A program made the translations under genes and the position numbers. Positions 39,579-53,789 of a DNA stretch of 64,000 bases are shown here, one piece after another. The DNA lies in contig JBHGNT010000003.1 of NCBI GenBank assembly GCA_043228905.1, positions 3,162,001 through 3,226,000 on the forward strand, in the 5' to 3' direction. The notes under the pieces are model-generated. The model worked only from the letters and a program-made list of their open reading frames with translations. It ran no database searches and was not told the DNA's origin. This DNA comes from Azolla caroliniana (lineage: Eukaryota; Plantae; Polypodiophyta). Positions within the stretch are counted from its first letter, which is position 1; every line of letters starts with the position of its first letter.

Positions 39579-40619
39579 TCCTCCGTTTCATCGTCCACGA
39601 TTATTAGCGGAAGATGTAGTCGACGTTTTCGGTGCTTATACTTTATCACTGAAATGTTACCTAGGGTCGCCGTGAATGAAATGTTGGCTTTGCGGAGTTC
39701 AGATGCACTTGGCAGTCGAACAGAACTCCCCTTGTTAGATGCTGCGAGATTGGAACATTGTAGGTTGTTCAGTAAAGAAGAACACAATTGACCAGGTATT
39801 CTCCTGCCTTCTTCTGAAATGTATATTCCCACATGCTTCTAAAATGAATTTTCTACAGTCCATACAGTCATCCCTAGTCTCGTTTGGAATATGTCGTAAA
39901 TCCGTAATGCTCGACAGGTAGACGCACTCAAGTAGTGTTAAGCCAATACTCCTCTCGAAGGCGTCTTCCCCATCAAATATCTGTTGTATATTCTGTTCTA
40001 AAATAAAGAATGGAGTCCTCCAGTTAATAAAGTTTCTGATTACCTGATTCATATTAAAGGTCAATGTCGTTGGGTAGAGTTTATAAAGTTTCAGGAGAAA
40101 TTTGATTGGAATTTGGTTGCCGAGGAGGAGGGAATCCCTGTTCATGCTCTCTATATCTGACCACATGGAAGACCACCCGTTTTTGACAGCCCTGCCATTC
40201 TCTATGAGCATTTCTAAGAGGAAGACTGTGTCGATAGCGATCACAAGTTCCAGACACTGTATGTCGTCATAAGCGTCGGAAATGTCAGCATAGTGCCAGG
40301 TAAGTCTATGTTCTTGATCAAACTTGAATGCCTCTATGAGCTGTTGTATACCTGGTATGCCATGCTTTTTCATGAACATTTAAGTAGCATTTGCTTTGCA
40401 GTTTATAATGCAATCCGATTCTAGACTTTTATAGTATGGACCCATGGGCAGTAATCTAGGTTTGTATGTCTGGGTCTTCGGCTTTGAGGAGGCTTTGGGG
40501 TACTTTGAAATTCTTAAAATTTCGGGATCAGCTGTATCTTCGTTGTTATCGTTGTTGATCAATTCAAGGATTGACAGTCTCCATTTAGTTTCTTTTAAGT
40601 CTGGTCGACGGGAACCCAT
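39575..40619 (-). pseudogene. DUF247 pseudogene, copy 5 (subfamily D), 3'-truncated
   Basis: TYKPRLLPMGPYY, in-frame stop at 40380-40382, LVIAIDTVFLLE, LLLGNQIP, LPSASELRKANISF, LHLPLIIVDDETEDVL, then fusion to the tandem repeat. Confidence 0.9.
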
Positions 40620-42654
40620 CTTTCACAGCGCACTCTAGATTTTCAACAGCTGCTTCTTCGGTGAAAGTGGTCTAGTGATGATTCTCGTTATTATTTGGAG
40701 CTGTCACTCTTTGGATGTCTTTTCTACGCTCAGTAATCTCAGTATACATATTAGTAATGTTCGTTCATTTGACGTAATTTAATTGTCTTTTTGTGTCACA
40801 GATTCGTTGCTTGTTCTCTTGAAATCGTGGTTGCTTATATTCATTTCGTAGTCTGGAGGTCAATTGATCTAAATGCGATGCATTCTGTGTTTGAAAGAGA
40901 GAAAAAAAGATATAGAGGTTTTTCTGAAGAATAGTAATTTCCGTGTAAACCCGAATCATTGCACTTTACCATGCGTATAGTCGATTATTGTATTATTTTC
41001 GATTTTATCATCTTATTTGTGTTCTTTTATGTTGTTGTCTATCTTATGGTGTCACGTAGGCCTTTGCTTGTCTAAAGAATCCAGTGCTCCTCATGTGCTT
41101 TTGGTTTTCCGTGGACACTCCCTGCTACTGTGTTGTGTTGTGTGTGAGGAAATAAATATAGAGACTTTGCCTTTAAGATGAGCAACACGGTGATGAAAAT
41201 CGTTTGTATCTTCATCTGAATCGATACTCGATTCCAATGAATTGTTTTGTGTGCATTTGTATCAGTTGTCTTGACTTGTTATTGCATGTTTCTTTGTAGA
41301 CCGCTCAATAATATATGAAAAGACCCATGCCAGTTATGTTTGATGCGGTTTCAAAATATATCACTGAATAACAGTTATGATTAACATAGATAAGGAGATC
41401 TTCTAAAATCTGGGTGAATACTTTTTGTTTTTGATAGATATGTAATGATTAAAGATGTAAATACCATTTGTAGAACATCATCTCGTGAAACTCCAAACCA
41501 ATTATAATAAAATATATTGTCCTGCTGTTATATCGTATGAAAGGTATAGGTTAGAATGATTCTATCAACGGAGAATAAATCTAGTCAGACATTTTGCATG
41601 TTACCTCGAAATCAAAGTAATATAACATAGTAAAATTTTCTGTATATTGGATGAACTATGGAGCTATTTCTGTCTTGAACATTGGTTAATTAAGCAATCT
41701 TCTTGCCTTGTTCCAGTTAAAATGAAGTACATTTTGCATGTCCCACAAAAAAGTGCCGCTTTAGCTCAATCATTCGACATATGGTGAATCTTAATGAACA
41801 ACTCTCTATAACATAAAGGTAATAGTAAACCCTTGATGTGTGTCACAAATGAAGATTTAAGAGGATGAAAGGCCGAATTGAAGACTTGGAAATAGCTAGA
41901 GTAAACAGAGAGATTGTATATGGGTTCACAAAAAGTACCTGACATCTATCAAGAGGGTTTGTGAGGACTGGTGAGCAATATGTGGTATCACTGCAATTGT
42001 GCTCTAATTCATTAAAAGTTACCCATGAGAAGTGATATTAAGAGGTGTAGTTGTTTGTGAATGAGCTGGAAATTTTCAGCCCTAGTTGATAGGTTTGTGT
42101 CCTTCGCTTTGGACAATGTGTCACGTTGGTTAATGACAATGTGATTAATGACAATATTTACCATAATGATCACAATGTCTTTGCAAAACATAATATGCGG
42201 GTCATAGTCATGTGATTACATTCGTACAACAAATAAAAAGTCTGCTCGGATTTACGTCTCAAACTGATATAACTGGTTTGAGAAAGAAAAATTGAGTGAG
42301 TCTGCTAATGATCAATTTAATTAAAAGAAACAATTAAGCATGAAAGAAACGGAGAGTTTGTGGTAAATGCTAGTAAATTGGTTATTACTCATCATATTAT
42401 GGGCTCTGATTTAGCACTAATGACCACTTTTCGTTTATCCTCCATGCAAGTGACCGTATTGGCAATGTTAATGAAAACCACCAATGCAATCAGGAAACAG
42501 TCATGGTCATTGTGACGATTTTAGACTGTTAGTATTTGAAGTTCCGCTAACTTTAAGAAATCACGTATTATTAATAAGCATTTTGTGTTTCTGTAAGGTG
42601 ATTGATAATCCTAATTTGAATGGTAGATATTACATTTTGACCTTCCACACCATA

Positions 42655-43130
42655 GTTCTGGTTGATGACCTCTTCCATATTTCCATGTTGAAAACATGTC
42701 TCTATCATTTCATCTTTTATGCCTTTCTCTCTAGGCTTCTATGCACCTCATCCCTTCAGAGCTACCCCTTCCCGAAATTCTATAAAGACTTGTGTTGTCT
42801 GAAATTCATAGTACTATTGGGTCGGACATTCCTTTCCGTTTGCTCACGAAACATTTTTCCGTTGGATTCTTCTCGTACTCTAGAAGCCACTCCATCCCAA
42901 TGTCTTATGCTCTTTGATAATACATCCCAATGTCTGGTCTTTCACTCCATCCCAATGTCTTAGTATTGATGATTGACTTCCTATCTGAGTATTGATGATG
43001 ATTTCTTCTCTGTTTCTTCGGTCTATGTAGATTGTTGTGCACCCATCAGCGGGCTCTTCGTGAACATGAGCTTGAAACAGAACATATGTAGGGAAATGGG
43101 CTCTGATACCATGTAAAGAAAGGAGAGTGA
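42655..43130 (-). mobile_element. LTR-element 5' internal remnant with perfect PBS; partial paralogue at ~55905-56215
   Basis: 43100-43111 GCTCTGATACCA is the reverse complement of TGGTATCAGAGC, next to ...TTTACA. The downstream sequence is degenerate and carries CATCCCAATGTCT repeats. Confidence 0.7.
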
Positions 43131-44821
43131 TTCGCAAATAGCTAGAGTAAACAAAGAGATGCTATAGGCTCGTTATTTGATGTTTATATATGTGGCCTAG
43201 ATGGTTTGAATTCTCTTTTAATTTACCCCAATCATTGGCCATTCCAAACTCTACAAGTAGACATTCATTTCAAGTTCCCCAAGATAGATGAGCGTTCCAT
43301 GAATTTCTTCACATAAATGGCCTTACATCTATCAAGAGGGGCTCTCTTATTTGGGAGCTCTCTTATACTTGTTGTTTGTGGATATAACCTCAAGGTTATT
43401 TATATATGAATAAAGATCTCCAACTATTTGTGGGGAGCATTAGGTGAGCTTTATTACTTTGAAGGTGAGTTTCTTTCCCTGAAGGCAACCTTGTGAACCC
43501 AAGTTGGGAATATCCCACTATGTACCCCATCCATGAAACAAGTATAGAATCATTTATGAAATTACGAAACAATGTGAATCACACTATAACTATGACATTG
43601 ATAAGTACAAAAAGTTAAAGTGTGATTCACATTGTTTCGGGTCATCCTGTACCGTTGAATCGAGCACCCACACCACACAGATTGGGTATAGAGGCATTTC
43701 AGCCCATTGTGAAGTTTAAGAGATATCGTGTTTATTGAAAGCCTGTAAACAATGTTGGTGAAAACTCTAAAGGTCATGAAACATAATTATGTCACATTAG
43801 AAGAGAAAAAGCAAGTCTAATTAAGACGTAGCGAAATTCGATTTTGGTAGCTCAATAATCCCCTATGAAAAGCAATAATTTGTGGAAGAAGTTTAAAGTT
43901 TGAGTAGGCCAGGCTGCTGTAAAAGCTATGAAGATGCAACCATGTCTTGTCATATGAATTGCTTCAAACAAACCTCTCAATTACATCTGGTGATGACAGA
44001 AAGCTATGTATCCATTCTAGCACTAATGTAGTGTATTTAATGATTCAGTTTTAGGTTGTACCCCTCAATATCGATTACATAAGCATATCACAGAAATGAG
44101 ATCAATAGGCTAACGTTAGCATATCACACAATGGGAATTTGAGATCAATAGACCAGTCCTCCTGTCTTGTCGATTGCCATCTAACCAATCCCTCAAATGT
44201 ATCATCCATCCAGCACTTATTGAAGTTTGATGGGGGGATATTCTAACAAACTGTCTAGTAATTGGCGCTATGAAAGACAAACTAAATAGATTTGGCGGAA
44301 GGCATTCGTTATTGTAACAACTTACAAGTATGTATGTTAATGAGACTAATAGAGCTAATAATCGCATTAGGGTTGATTTGGACATTCTATAATTAATCAA
44401 TTTGTTTGCCATCGTGTTCAACTTGTAGGTAATTTAATGAACGTGGGAATGAAAGCAAAATCAAAACCAATCCGAACATGGTCGCATGTAATAAGATGGG
44501 TAAGAATGATTTCAAAGTACATATTTTTGTATTTCTGCACTATAAAAAAATATAGTCACATGGTATAAGATTCAAAAATAGGATAATATTCACCTTTGCA
44601 ATGAGACTCTGTGCATCATTTTTTGTGTGGATCCGACTCCGCCTGTGTGCTAATGTGCCTTTAAACTAGCTAAGGATGTAGGTCCTTTAGAAGCTCGCCA
44701 ATCTTCGGAATTGAGAAGAAATGACATCCATGTATAGAATTAGAAATGAGCAATAATTGGGATATATCAAATGAGAATTTGGTCAATCTAATCAATCTAT
44801 CTCTCTCTCTCTCTGTCTCTG

Positions 44822-44862
<41 letters not shown>

Positions 44863-45221
44863 GAGAACTTAAAATAATAAACTTACATCAGAGTATTATT
44901 GTCTTCTTTATATTATAGTTCGTAGTTGTTCTGTAGTCTTCAATATTTCAACTTTCATCTTTCCTAATTTATGATGTCTGTATGACATTTAGATTTAGAT
45001 ATTGGTACGAGTTCCCATTCCTAGATTACATGCTGACAAAAACATAATCACAAATCATGATTATGTTGCATATAGTATTTTTCTATGATTTTTTATTCCA
45101 AGGATAGTGACATAGATTCCTTGTAGGCCAATAATGTAGTGGTAGGTTACCCGACCTATTGAATCCAAGAGAGGGCATAAATACATAATCTTCCACAATA
45201 TTTCCTAGGGTAATCTGGTAC

Positions 45222-46519
45222 CGAATGGTCGGCCATTATATCATTTACCATTTCAAAAGTTTGGCGGTCGTACGTCTTTTTGATGCACATGTTTTTCCAC
45301 ATGTAGATCAATTTTTTACTGCTTCCCAGGTGGTTGACTATGACTTTGGCTTCTTCCAGGATTGTGAGATCTGCCTCGGTTCGGATGAGTTGATCCATTA
45401 TCAAAATGTACATCCGAAATTTCGTTTCACGTCTGTGTGTTATTTCGAATGCGAGGAGGTTTCGCAGTATATCCTCCGTCTCATCGTCCACGAAAATTAC
45501 CGGAAGATATAGACGACGTTTCTGTTTGATGTACTTCATCCCTGAAAGATTGCCTAAAGACCATGAGAATGAAATGTTGGCTTTGCGGAGTTCAGATGCC
45601 CTTGGCAGTCTGACAGATCTCCCCTTGTAATTTCTTGTGAGGTTGGAACATGGTAGGGTGTCCATTAAAGAAGAACACAATTGAGAAGGTATTTTCCCGA
45701 GTTCTTGTGACGCGCAAATTCCTCAATGTATATTCGCACATCTGTTTAAAATGGAAATTCCACAATGCATGCTTCATCCTCAGTATCACTTGTAAGTGTT
45801 TCTGTATCACTTCTAATTAGGAAGAAGTAGACGCACTCAAGTAGAGTTAAGACAAGATTACTCTGTAAGGCGTCTTTCAGCATTTTTTCTATATTCAATT
45901 CATTTATAAGGAATGGAGTTGCCGTTTTAATAAAGTCTGCTAATAATGTGTAAAAATCGGAGGACGGTATATTTGGTTTTTGTTTATGATGTTTCACGAG
46001 ATATTGAATTGGAATCTGGTTGCCTAGGAGCATTGAATCCCTGTACATGCTCGTTATGTTTAACGGCATGTGAATGATAGTGTCCTTATTTTCTATCGCC
46101 TCTTAAGTTGTTCGAGTAGGAAGACAGTGTCGATTGTGATTACAAGTTGTAGCCACGCCGGGTCCTCATATTCGTCGGAAATGTCAGCGTAGTGCGTGGT
46201 AAGTGCCGGTTCTTGGTCAAACTTGAAACCTTCTATTAGCTGTTGTATACTTGGTATGCCTTCTTCATTCATGAACCTTTTAATAGATGTTGCTTTGCAT
46301 TTTATCATGTCTTCCACTTCTAGACTTTTAAAGCATGGACCAATGGTCATTTAAACTAGGTTTGTATGTCTCGTCCTTCAGCTTTGAATATGCTTTTGTG
46401 TACTGAGATATACTTAAAATCTCGGGATTACATGTATCTTCGTTTTTATTGTTGTTGATCAATTCAAGGATTGACTCTCTCCATTTAGTTTCTTCTAGGT
46501 TAGGTCGACGGGAAATCAT
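45222..46519 (-). pseudogene. DUF247 pseudogene, copy 6 (subfamily D), lacking the C-terminal TM helix
   Basis: MTIGPCF, LQLVITIDTVFLLE, MLLGNQIP, LPRASELRKANISF, VDDETEDILRNLLAFE, MDQLIRTEADL, NHLGS, IMADHS, then fusion to the ~138-bp repeat. Confidence 0.92.
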
Positions 46520-49267
46520 CTCTGTGCGGAAATTTATTGTTTGATCTGGCAGCCTATCCTACATTTTCCACAGATGCTGCTTTGGTGAAAGTCGTTTAGT
46601 CGTGATAATCGTTACCATTAGGAGCTGTCAAGCTTTGGATGTCTTTTCTACTGTCAATAATCTCATTATACAGATTAGTAATTGTACTTTTAAATGATTT
46701 TATAATCTTTCTTCCGCTGTTGATTCGTTGCTTTTTTCCTTTGTATCTTCGTTCTCATATTCTTTTTGTAGTCTGGTTTTCAATTTATGTAAATGCGATG
46801 CCTTCTGCGTTCGAAGAGGAGAGACACAGACATAGGAGTTAGTTTAAAGAATAGTAAATACTTCGTAAATAAGAATCATCGTATCTTACAATGCGAAATA
46901 AGGCGAATGCCTCTAATCGATTATTGTATTATTTTTGTTTTTATCTTACATCTACGGAAGGGATTGTGAGGACTGATTGTGAGGAATGGTAAACTTGGTT
47001 ATTACTCGTCGTGGATAGGTCGTAGTTGTTCTGAAGTCTTCAATATTTCAACTTTCATCTTTCCTAATTGATGATGACTGTATGGCATTTAGATGTCGAT
47101 TTTGTTACGAGTTCTCATTCCTAGATTACATACTGACAAAAACATAATCACAATATGGTTATGTTGCAAATATTGTTTTTCTATGAGGTTTTATTTTAAG
47201 GATGGTGATATAGATTTCTTGCTGGCCAGTAATGTAGTGGTAGGTTACCAAGAGAGAGATTGACTACTATGTAATTTTAACCCTCACTACCATTACCATC
47301 AAAACATGAATCATTAAGCTCTTGATCTTAAGTACATAATGGGACAGGTTAACAAATGGGTATTATCTGTGATTAATTGAGGCTACCCCTTCCTCAATGA
47401 TTGTAGAAAGCACACCTCAGCACTTGATTTTGCTGGAGCTGTCTTATGATGCTCTGTCGTCTAGGATTAGTTTAATTTTGAGATTTGGGTAACAACCTAG
47501 GATTGTGTAGATCATTTGCAATAGTAATGGATGTCATTAACAAATGGACTAGAGAGGAACCCCAATGGGCTCCCATCGCATATTTGGTCAACTCTTCTCA
47601 TCTTTCGGATGGGACATTGTATTGAACTCCAACCACAGTGTCGAGTTGTGGAAGAACAAACTGAACTTTTCTCTTAGTCATACTTGAGGGAGGTGCCAGT
47701 TCATGGCGGGTGAGGTTATGAGGTCAGGATAGATTGCCTAGTCATAGCCATACCATGCATAGCAAAAAAATTAAGCAAAAATCTTATTTGCGGAAATTCT
47801 TGCTTGGTAATTTGTATACAAATGTCACCTTCTTGACTCGCCTTTGATAACGTGTCAGGAACCCATGGGGCTTAACCGCTTTTGTTTGTGGTATGGTGAA
47901 TCTTTATAATGAACTCGCCATGACATAACTATAATAGTGATCTCTATATGTGCGCCACAAATCATGATTTGGGAGAATGAAACTCGAATTGAAGACTCAC
48001 AAATAGCTAGAGTAAACAAAGAGGTGCCAAATGGCCTTACATCTATCAAGAGGGGAATGATTTAGGTGTTGATACAATGGAGTGATTATGAGGATTTGTG
48101 AACATAGACGAGTGTTCCATGAATTTCTTCACGCAAATGGTTTTACATCTATCAAGAGGGGCAGGTATTAGGTGTTGATACAATGGACCGATTGTGATGA
48201 TCTATGAGCAATATGTGCTATCATTACAATTCTGCTATAATTCATTATAAGTTACCCACGAGAGAAGTGATTTTAAGAGTAGGAGTTTTTTAGCCCGACT
48301 TGCTAGTGCATCCTTCTCTTTGGACCATGTATTGAGTAGGGTGATGACAACACATTTGCGAAACATAATATAGGTCATAGCAATGTGATGACATATGTAC
48401 AACGTATGTAAAATCTGAATAGAATTAGGTCTCAAAGTGAAATGAATAGTTTGAGGAAGAAAAAATGGATGAGGTGACTCCCGATCAATTTATTTGACAG
48501 AAAAACAGTTTGTATGAAAATAATAGAGAGTTTGTGGCAAATGCTAGTAATTTCGATGTGTTCCTAAGGTCTTAGATATTCCAAGACTAGAAAGATATAG
48601 TTATTTCCATGTATACCTTCTCTATATATTTATTACTGAGTATACCTTCTCTAGGAAACCTAGTGTTAACATTTCATTAGACAAAAGAAAATGATGATGA
48701 AGAAATTATGTATCATAATACATTTATGTTTATGTGTTCCTAACGTCTCAGATGTTCCAAGACTAGGAATATATATTTATTACTAAGTATACCTTCTCTA
48801 TATATTTATTACAAAGTATACCTTCTCTAGGAATCATAGTGTTAACATTTCATTAGACTAGAGAAGGTGTACTTAGTAATAAATATATGGCTAAGATGTC
48901 AGTAACGATCGCGCTAAATGATAGCAAAATCAAAACCAGTCCGAACATGCTCCCATGTAATTAGATGGGTAAGAATGATTTCAAAGTACATATTATTGTA
49001 TTTCTGCAATACAAAAAAATAGTCACATGGTATAAGATTCAAAAATAAGATAATATTCACCTTTGCAATTTGACTCTGTGCATTACGTTTTTTGTGGATC
49101 CGACCCCGCCGGTGTGCTAATGTGCCTTTAAACTAGCTAAGGATGTAGGTCCTTTAAAAGTTCGCCAATCTTGGGAATTGAGAAGAAATGACATCGATGT
49201 ATAGAATTAGAAATGACAAATAATTGGGATATATCAAATGAGAATTTGGTCAATCTAATCAATCTCC

Positions 49268-49306
<39 letters not shown>

Positions 49307-51763
49307 ATATATATATATATATGAGAACTTGAAATAATAAACTTACATCAGAGTGTTATTGTCTTCTTTATATTATAGTTCGTAGTTGTTTTGAAGTGTT
49401 CAATATTTCAACTTTCATCTTTCCTAATTTATGATGACTGTATGGCATTTGGATTTCGATTTGTTTACGAGTTCTCATTCCTAGATTATATACTGACAAA
49501 AACATAATCACAAATCATGATTATGTTGCGTATAGTATTTTTCTATGATTTTTTATTCGAAGGATAGTGACATAGATTCCTTGTAGGCCAATAACGTAGT
49601 GGTAGGTTACCCGACCTATTGAATCCAAGAGAGGGATTCTGTAGATCATCTGCAATAGTGATCGATGTCATTAACCAATGGACTAGAGAGGAACCCCAAT
49701 GGGCTCCCATGGCATCTTTGGTCAGCTCCTCCCATCTTTTTGATGGGACATTGTACTGAACCCCAACCACATTGTCAAGTTGTGGAAGATCAAACTGAAC
49801 TTTTCTCTTAGTCATACTTGAGGGAGGTGCCAGTTCATGGGGGGTGAGGGGATGAGGTTATATGGATTTAGCTCTTCCATATCTGATATCCCATGTCTTC
49901 CATGAAATCCTTGTTGTTAATGTAGTTAGTTAGTAGAATTTATGTGTGTTTTATTATCCGATAATCATGATGGCTATGACTGTTTCCCAACTTTGTTTAC
50001 GAATTTTAATGGACAATCGTAATGGCTCTCGTAGCAGTCATTAGTGAACTAATTAGTGTTTTCTGCATTAAGCAAGAACTACTCGAACGCCAGCAAAGTT
50101 AAGTTTCAGTTTATTTTATTGTGTAAACTTATATTTCCTCTCAAACAATGACAGTGTATAAATGAATTGAGTCAATTCGTCCCCATTTTCCTTCAAATTA
50201 CTCATGTTGATTTGCGACGAACTTCTAATTCAATGGAAGGCCAATTATTTGAATAAAAATGGATGAAATGACCCCTGAATTCATACAATGTGAAGTTTAA
50301 GAGATATCGTGTTTATTGAAATCCTGTAAACAATTATGGTGAAAACTCTAAAGGTCATGAAACATAATTATGTCACATTAGAAGAGAAAACGCAAGTCTA
50401 ATTAAGACAGCAAAATTCGGTTTTGGATGCTCAATAATCCCCCATGAAAAGCAATAACTTGTGGAAAAAGTTTAAAGTTTGAGTAGGCCAGGCTGCTGTA
50501 AAGGCTATGAAGATGCTGCCATGTCTTGTCATATGAATTCCTTCATAACAAGCACTCAATTACATCCCGCGATGACAGAAAAGTGTGTACCATCTAGGCA
50601 ATAGTTAGTGTATTTAAATATTCAGTTTTTTGGTTGTACCCCTCAATATCGATTATATAGCATATTACAAAATTGAGATGAATAGGCTAACGTTAGCATA
50701 TCACGCAATGGAATTTTGAGATCAATAGACCACTCCTCCTGTCTTGTCGATTGCACTCTAAAGTTAGCATATGACACAATGGAATTTTGAGATCGATAGA
50801 CCAGTCCTCCTGTCTTGTCGATTATATTCCGATAATCATGATGGCTATGACAACTTTTCCTTTATTTCATAAAGGATATTGAATTATCAAAATATATTAT
50901 ACGATTGTCTCGATCTTATCAACGGGGAATAAATCTATTCACATATTTTGCATGTTACCTCATAATCTAAGAAATCTAACCTAGTAAATTATGTGTATAT
51001 GTGGTTGCATAGTTAATTATTATATTTTTTTCAAACGAGCCCCTGTTCATGGATTGTGTTATGGAGCTATTTTTGACTAGAACATTGGTTAATTAAGCAA
51101 TCATCTTGCCTTCTCCTAGTTAAAATAAAGTATGTTTTGTATGACTCTAATTTGACAATGAAGTACGGATCAACCACATCACAAGAAGAAAGTTAGGATG
51201 GATTGCCCAACAATAGTCATGCAATGGATATCCAAAAATTTACGCACGAGATCAATTTAAAAGCATGGGCATTGGCCAGTAATATGCAACAATCTTATTT
51301 GCGGAAATACTTGCTTGGTAATCTGTATACAAACCCTAAACTAAACCCATGCCCAATAACAACCATACAATGCATATCTAAGAATGTATGCAGGACCTTA
51401 ACTTGAAAGGATTGGCATTGGCAGGTAATATGCAACAATCTTATTTGCGAAAAGACTTGCTTAGTAATTTGTACACAAATGTCACCTTCTTGACTCACCT
51501 TCGGTAACGTGCCACAAACAAGTGGCGGTTAAGCGCAATTATTTGACATATGGTGAATCTTTATAAAGATAATAGTAAACACTTGATTTGTGTCACAAAT
51601 GATGATTTGAGAGGATGAAAGTCTGACTTGAAGACTTGCAAATAACTAGAGTAAACAGAGAGATGCAATATAGGTTCACACAAAGGACCTTACATCTATC
51701 AAGAGGGGAAGGATTTAGGTGTTTATACTTCGGGCCCATTGTGAGGACTTTATACTTGATGAT

Positions 51764-52190
51764 TCATGTGCCACTTTTATGAACCGAACGTGCAATGCTC
51801 GAAAAGACTAAAAATTCATGAATTAAGACGGTATCGATAGTAACCAGAAGTTGGAAATCTTTAATGTAATCTTGGGAGAGGTTTGAAAAATGCTTGTTAA
51901 GATCGTGGGGTTTAGGAATGAGGTATTCTATGAGCTTTACCACATCTGGTTTCTCATGTCTTTGCATGAATTTCTTCACACATAGTGCCTTACAGTCATC
52001 AAGATAGAATTTGGTCAGAAGATTTGTATACAATGGCGCAATGGTCAAGTTTTCATCCCAATATGTTTTCTTCTTGGCTTCCAAGAGTTTTTTGGGAGGA
52101 ATCGAAATCTTCACATTTTCATCGACGTTTCTTCTTCTACTACTATTACTTGTTCTGAAGTGATGCTTTCTTCTTCATCTTCTTCTAAAC
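51764..52190 (-). pseudogene. DUF247 N-terminal fragment, copy 7 (subfamily E)
   Basis: PKKLLEAKKKTYWDENLTIAPLY, CKALCVKKFMQRH, FQLLVTIDTVLIHEF. Confidence 0.85.
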
Positions 52191-53789
52191 TTAAAGATAT
52201 TATTTTGTATACTCAAGTTGTTAGTTGTTCACAAGTCTTCGATTCAACTACCATCTCCCCAAATAATGGGGGTTTTGTGGCAAATAGATTTTATGTACAT
52301 AAAATTACTAATATTGTAATCTGAAATAATGCTCATTCCTAGGTTCAATTTTCTATAATTTTGATGAAGGGTGAGCTGTCTTATACTTGTTGTTTGTGGA
52401 TATAACCTCAAGGTTATTTATATATGAATAAGGATCTCCAACTATTTGTGGGGAGCATTAAGTGATAGGTGAGCTTTATTACTTTGAAGGTGAGTTTCTT
52501 TCCCTGAAGGCAACCTTGTGAGTTTCTTTCCCTGAACCCAACCTTGTTAAAATATGACCAAGTCAATATATTAATATCCGAGTTCTCTAAAGACTACCCC
52601 CCTAGTTAAGATGTCTATTTCCCTAATTAAATGTTCGAAGCAGTTTGGGTTGAAAAACAAAAGACACATCAAAGGAGTAGTTTAGTGAAATTTCTCAATG
52701 GAAGGCCAATTATTTGAGTAAAAATGGATGAAATGACCCGTGAATTCATACAATGTGAAGTTTAAGAGATATCGTGTTTATTGAAAGCCTGTAAACAATG
52801 TTGGTGAAAACTCTAAAGGTCATGAAACATTATTATGTCACATTAGAAGAGAAAAAGCAAGTCTAATTAAGACGTAGCGAAATTCGGTTTTGGATGCTCA
52901 GTAATCCCCCATGAAAAGCAATAACATGTGGAAGAATTTTAAAGTTTGAGTAGGCCAGGCTGCTGTAAAAGCTATGAAGATGGCGCCATATCTTGTCATA
53001 TGAATTGCTTCATACAAACCTCTCAATTACATCTGGCGATGACAGAAAGATATGTATCCATCCAAGCACTAATTAGTGTATTTAATGATTCAGTTTTAGG
53101 TTGTACCCGTCAATATTAATTACATAAGCATATCACAAAAATGAGATCAATAGGCTAACGTTAGCATATCACGCAATGGAATTTTGAGATCAATAGACCA
53201 CTCCTCCTGTCTTGTCGATTGCCATCTAACCAATCCTTCAAATCTATCATCCATCCATCAGTTGGTGAAGTTTGGTGGGGGGATATTCTAACAAACTTTC
53301 TAGTAATTTTTGGTAACGGGAGGTAGGAAGACAAACTAAATGGATTTGGCGGAAGTGATTCGTTATTGTAACAACTTACAAGTATGTATGTTCATGAGAT
53401 TAATGGAACTAATAATTGCATTTGGGTTGATTTGTACATTCTATAATCAATCAATTTGTTTGCCATCGTGTTCAACTTGTAGGTAATTTAATGAACGTGG
53501 GATCAGGAAGAAAATGATGATGAAGATGGAGAAGAAGAAATTGTGCTTCAACACTTCACTGTGACAATCTACTCAAATTTAACTCCCACAACATCTATGT
53601 CCATTAATTTATACATGAATCATGAAAACGATTCACTATAAGTACATAATCGTCCACAATATTTCGTAGTGCAATCCGGTTCAGGACTACAAATACATAA
53701 ATAATGGGAATTAGTTAAGCTATAAAATCAAACCAATAATTAATTTATACGAGAATCATGAAAACGATTCACCATAAGTACATAATCCT

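Noticed and set aside
42484-42963. 159-aa plus-strand ORF and its paralogue 55910-56293
   Set aside because: Antisense to an LTR-element internal region defined by the minus-strand PBS; the starts and ends are not shared between the copies.
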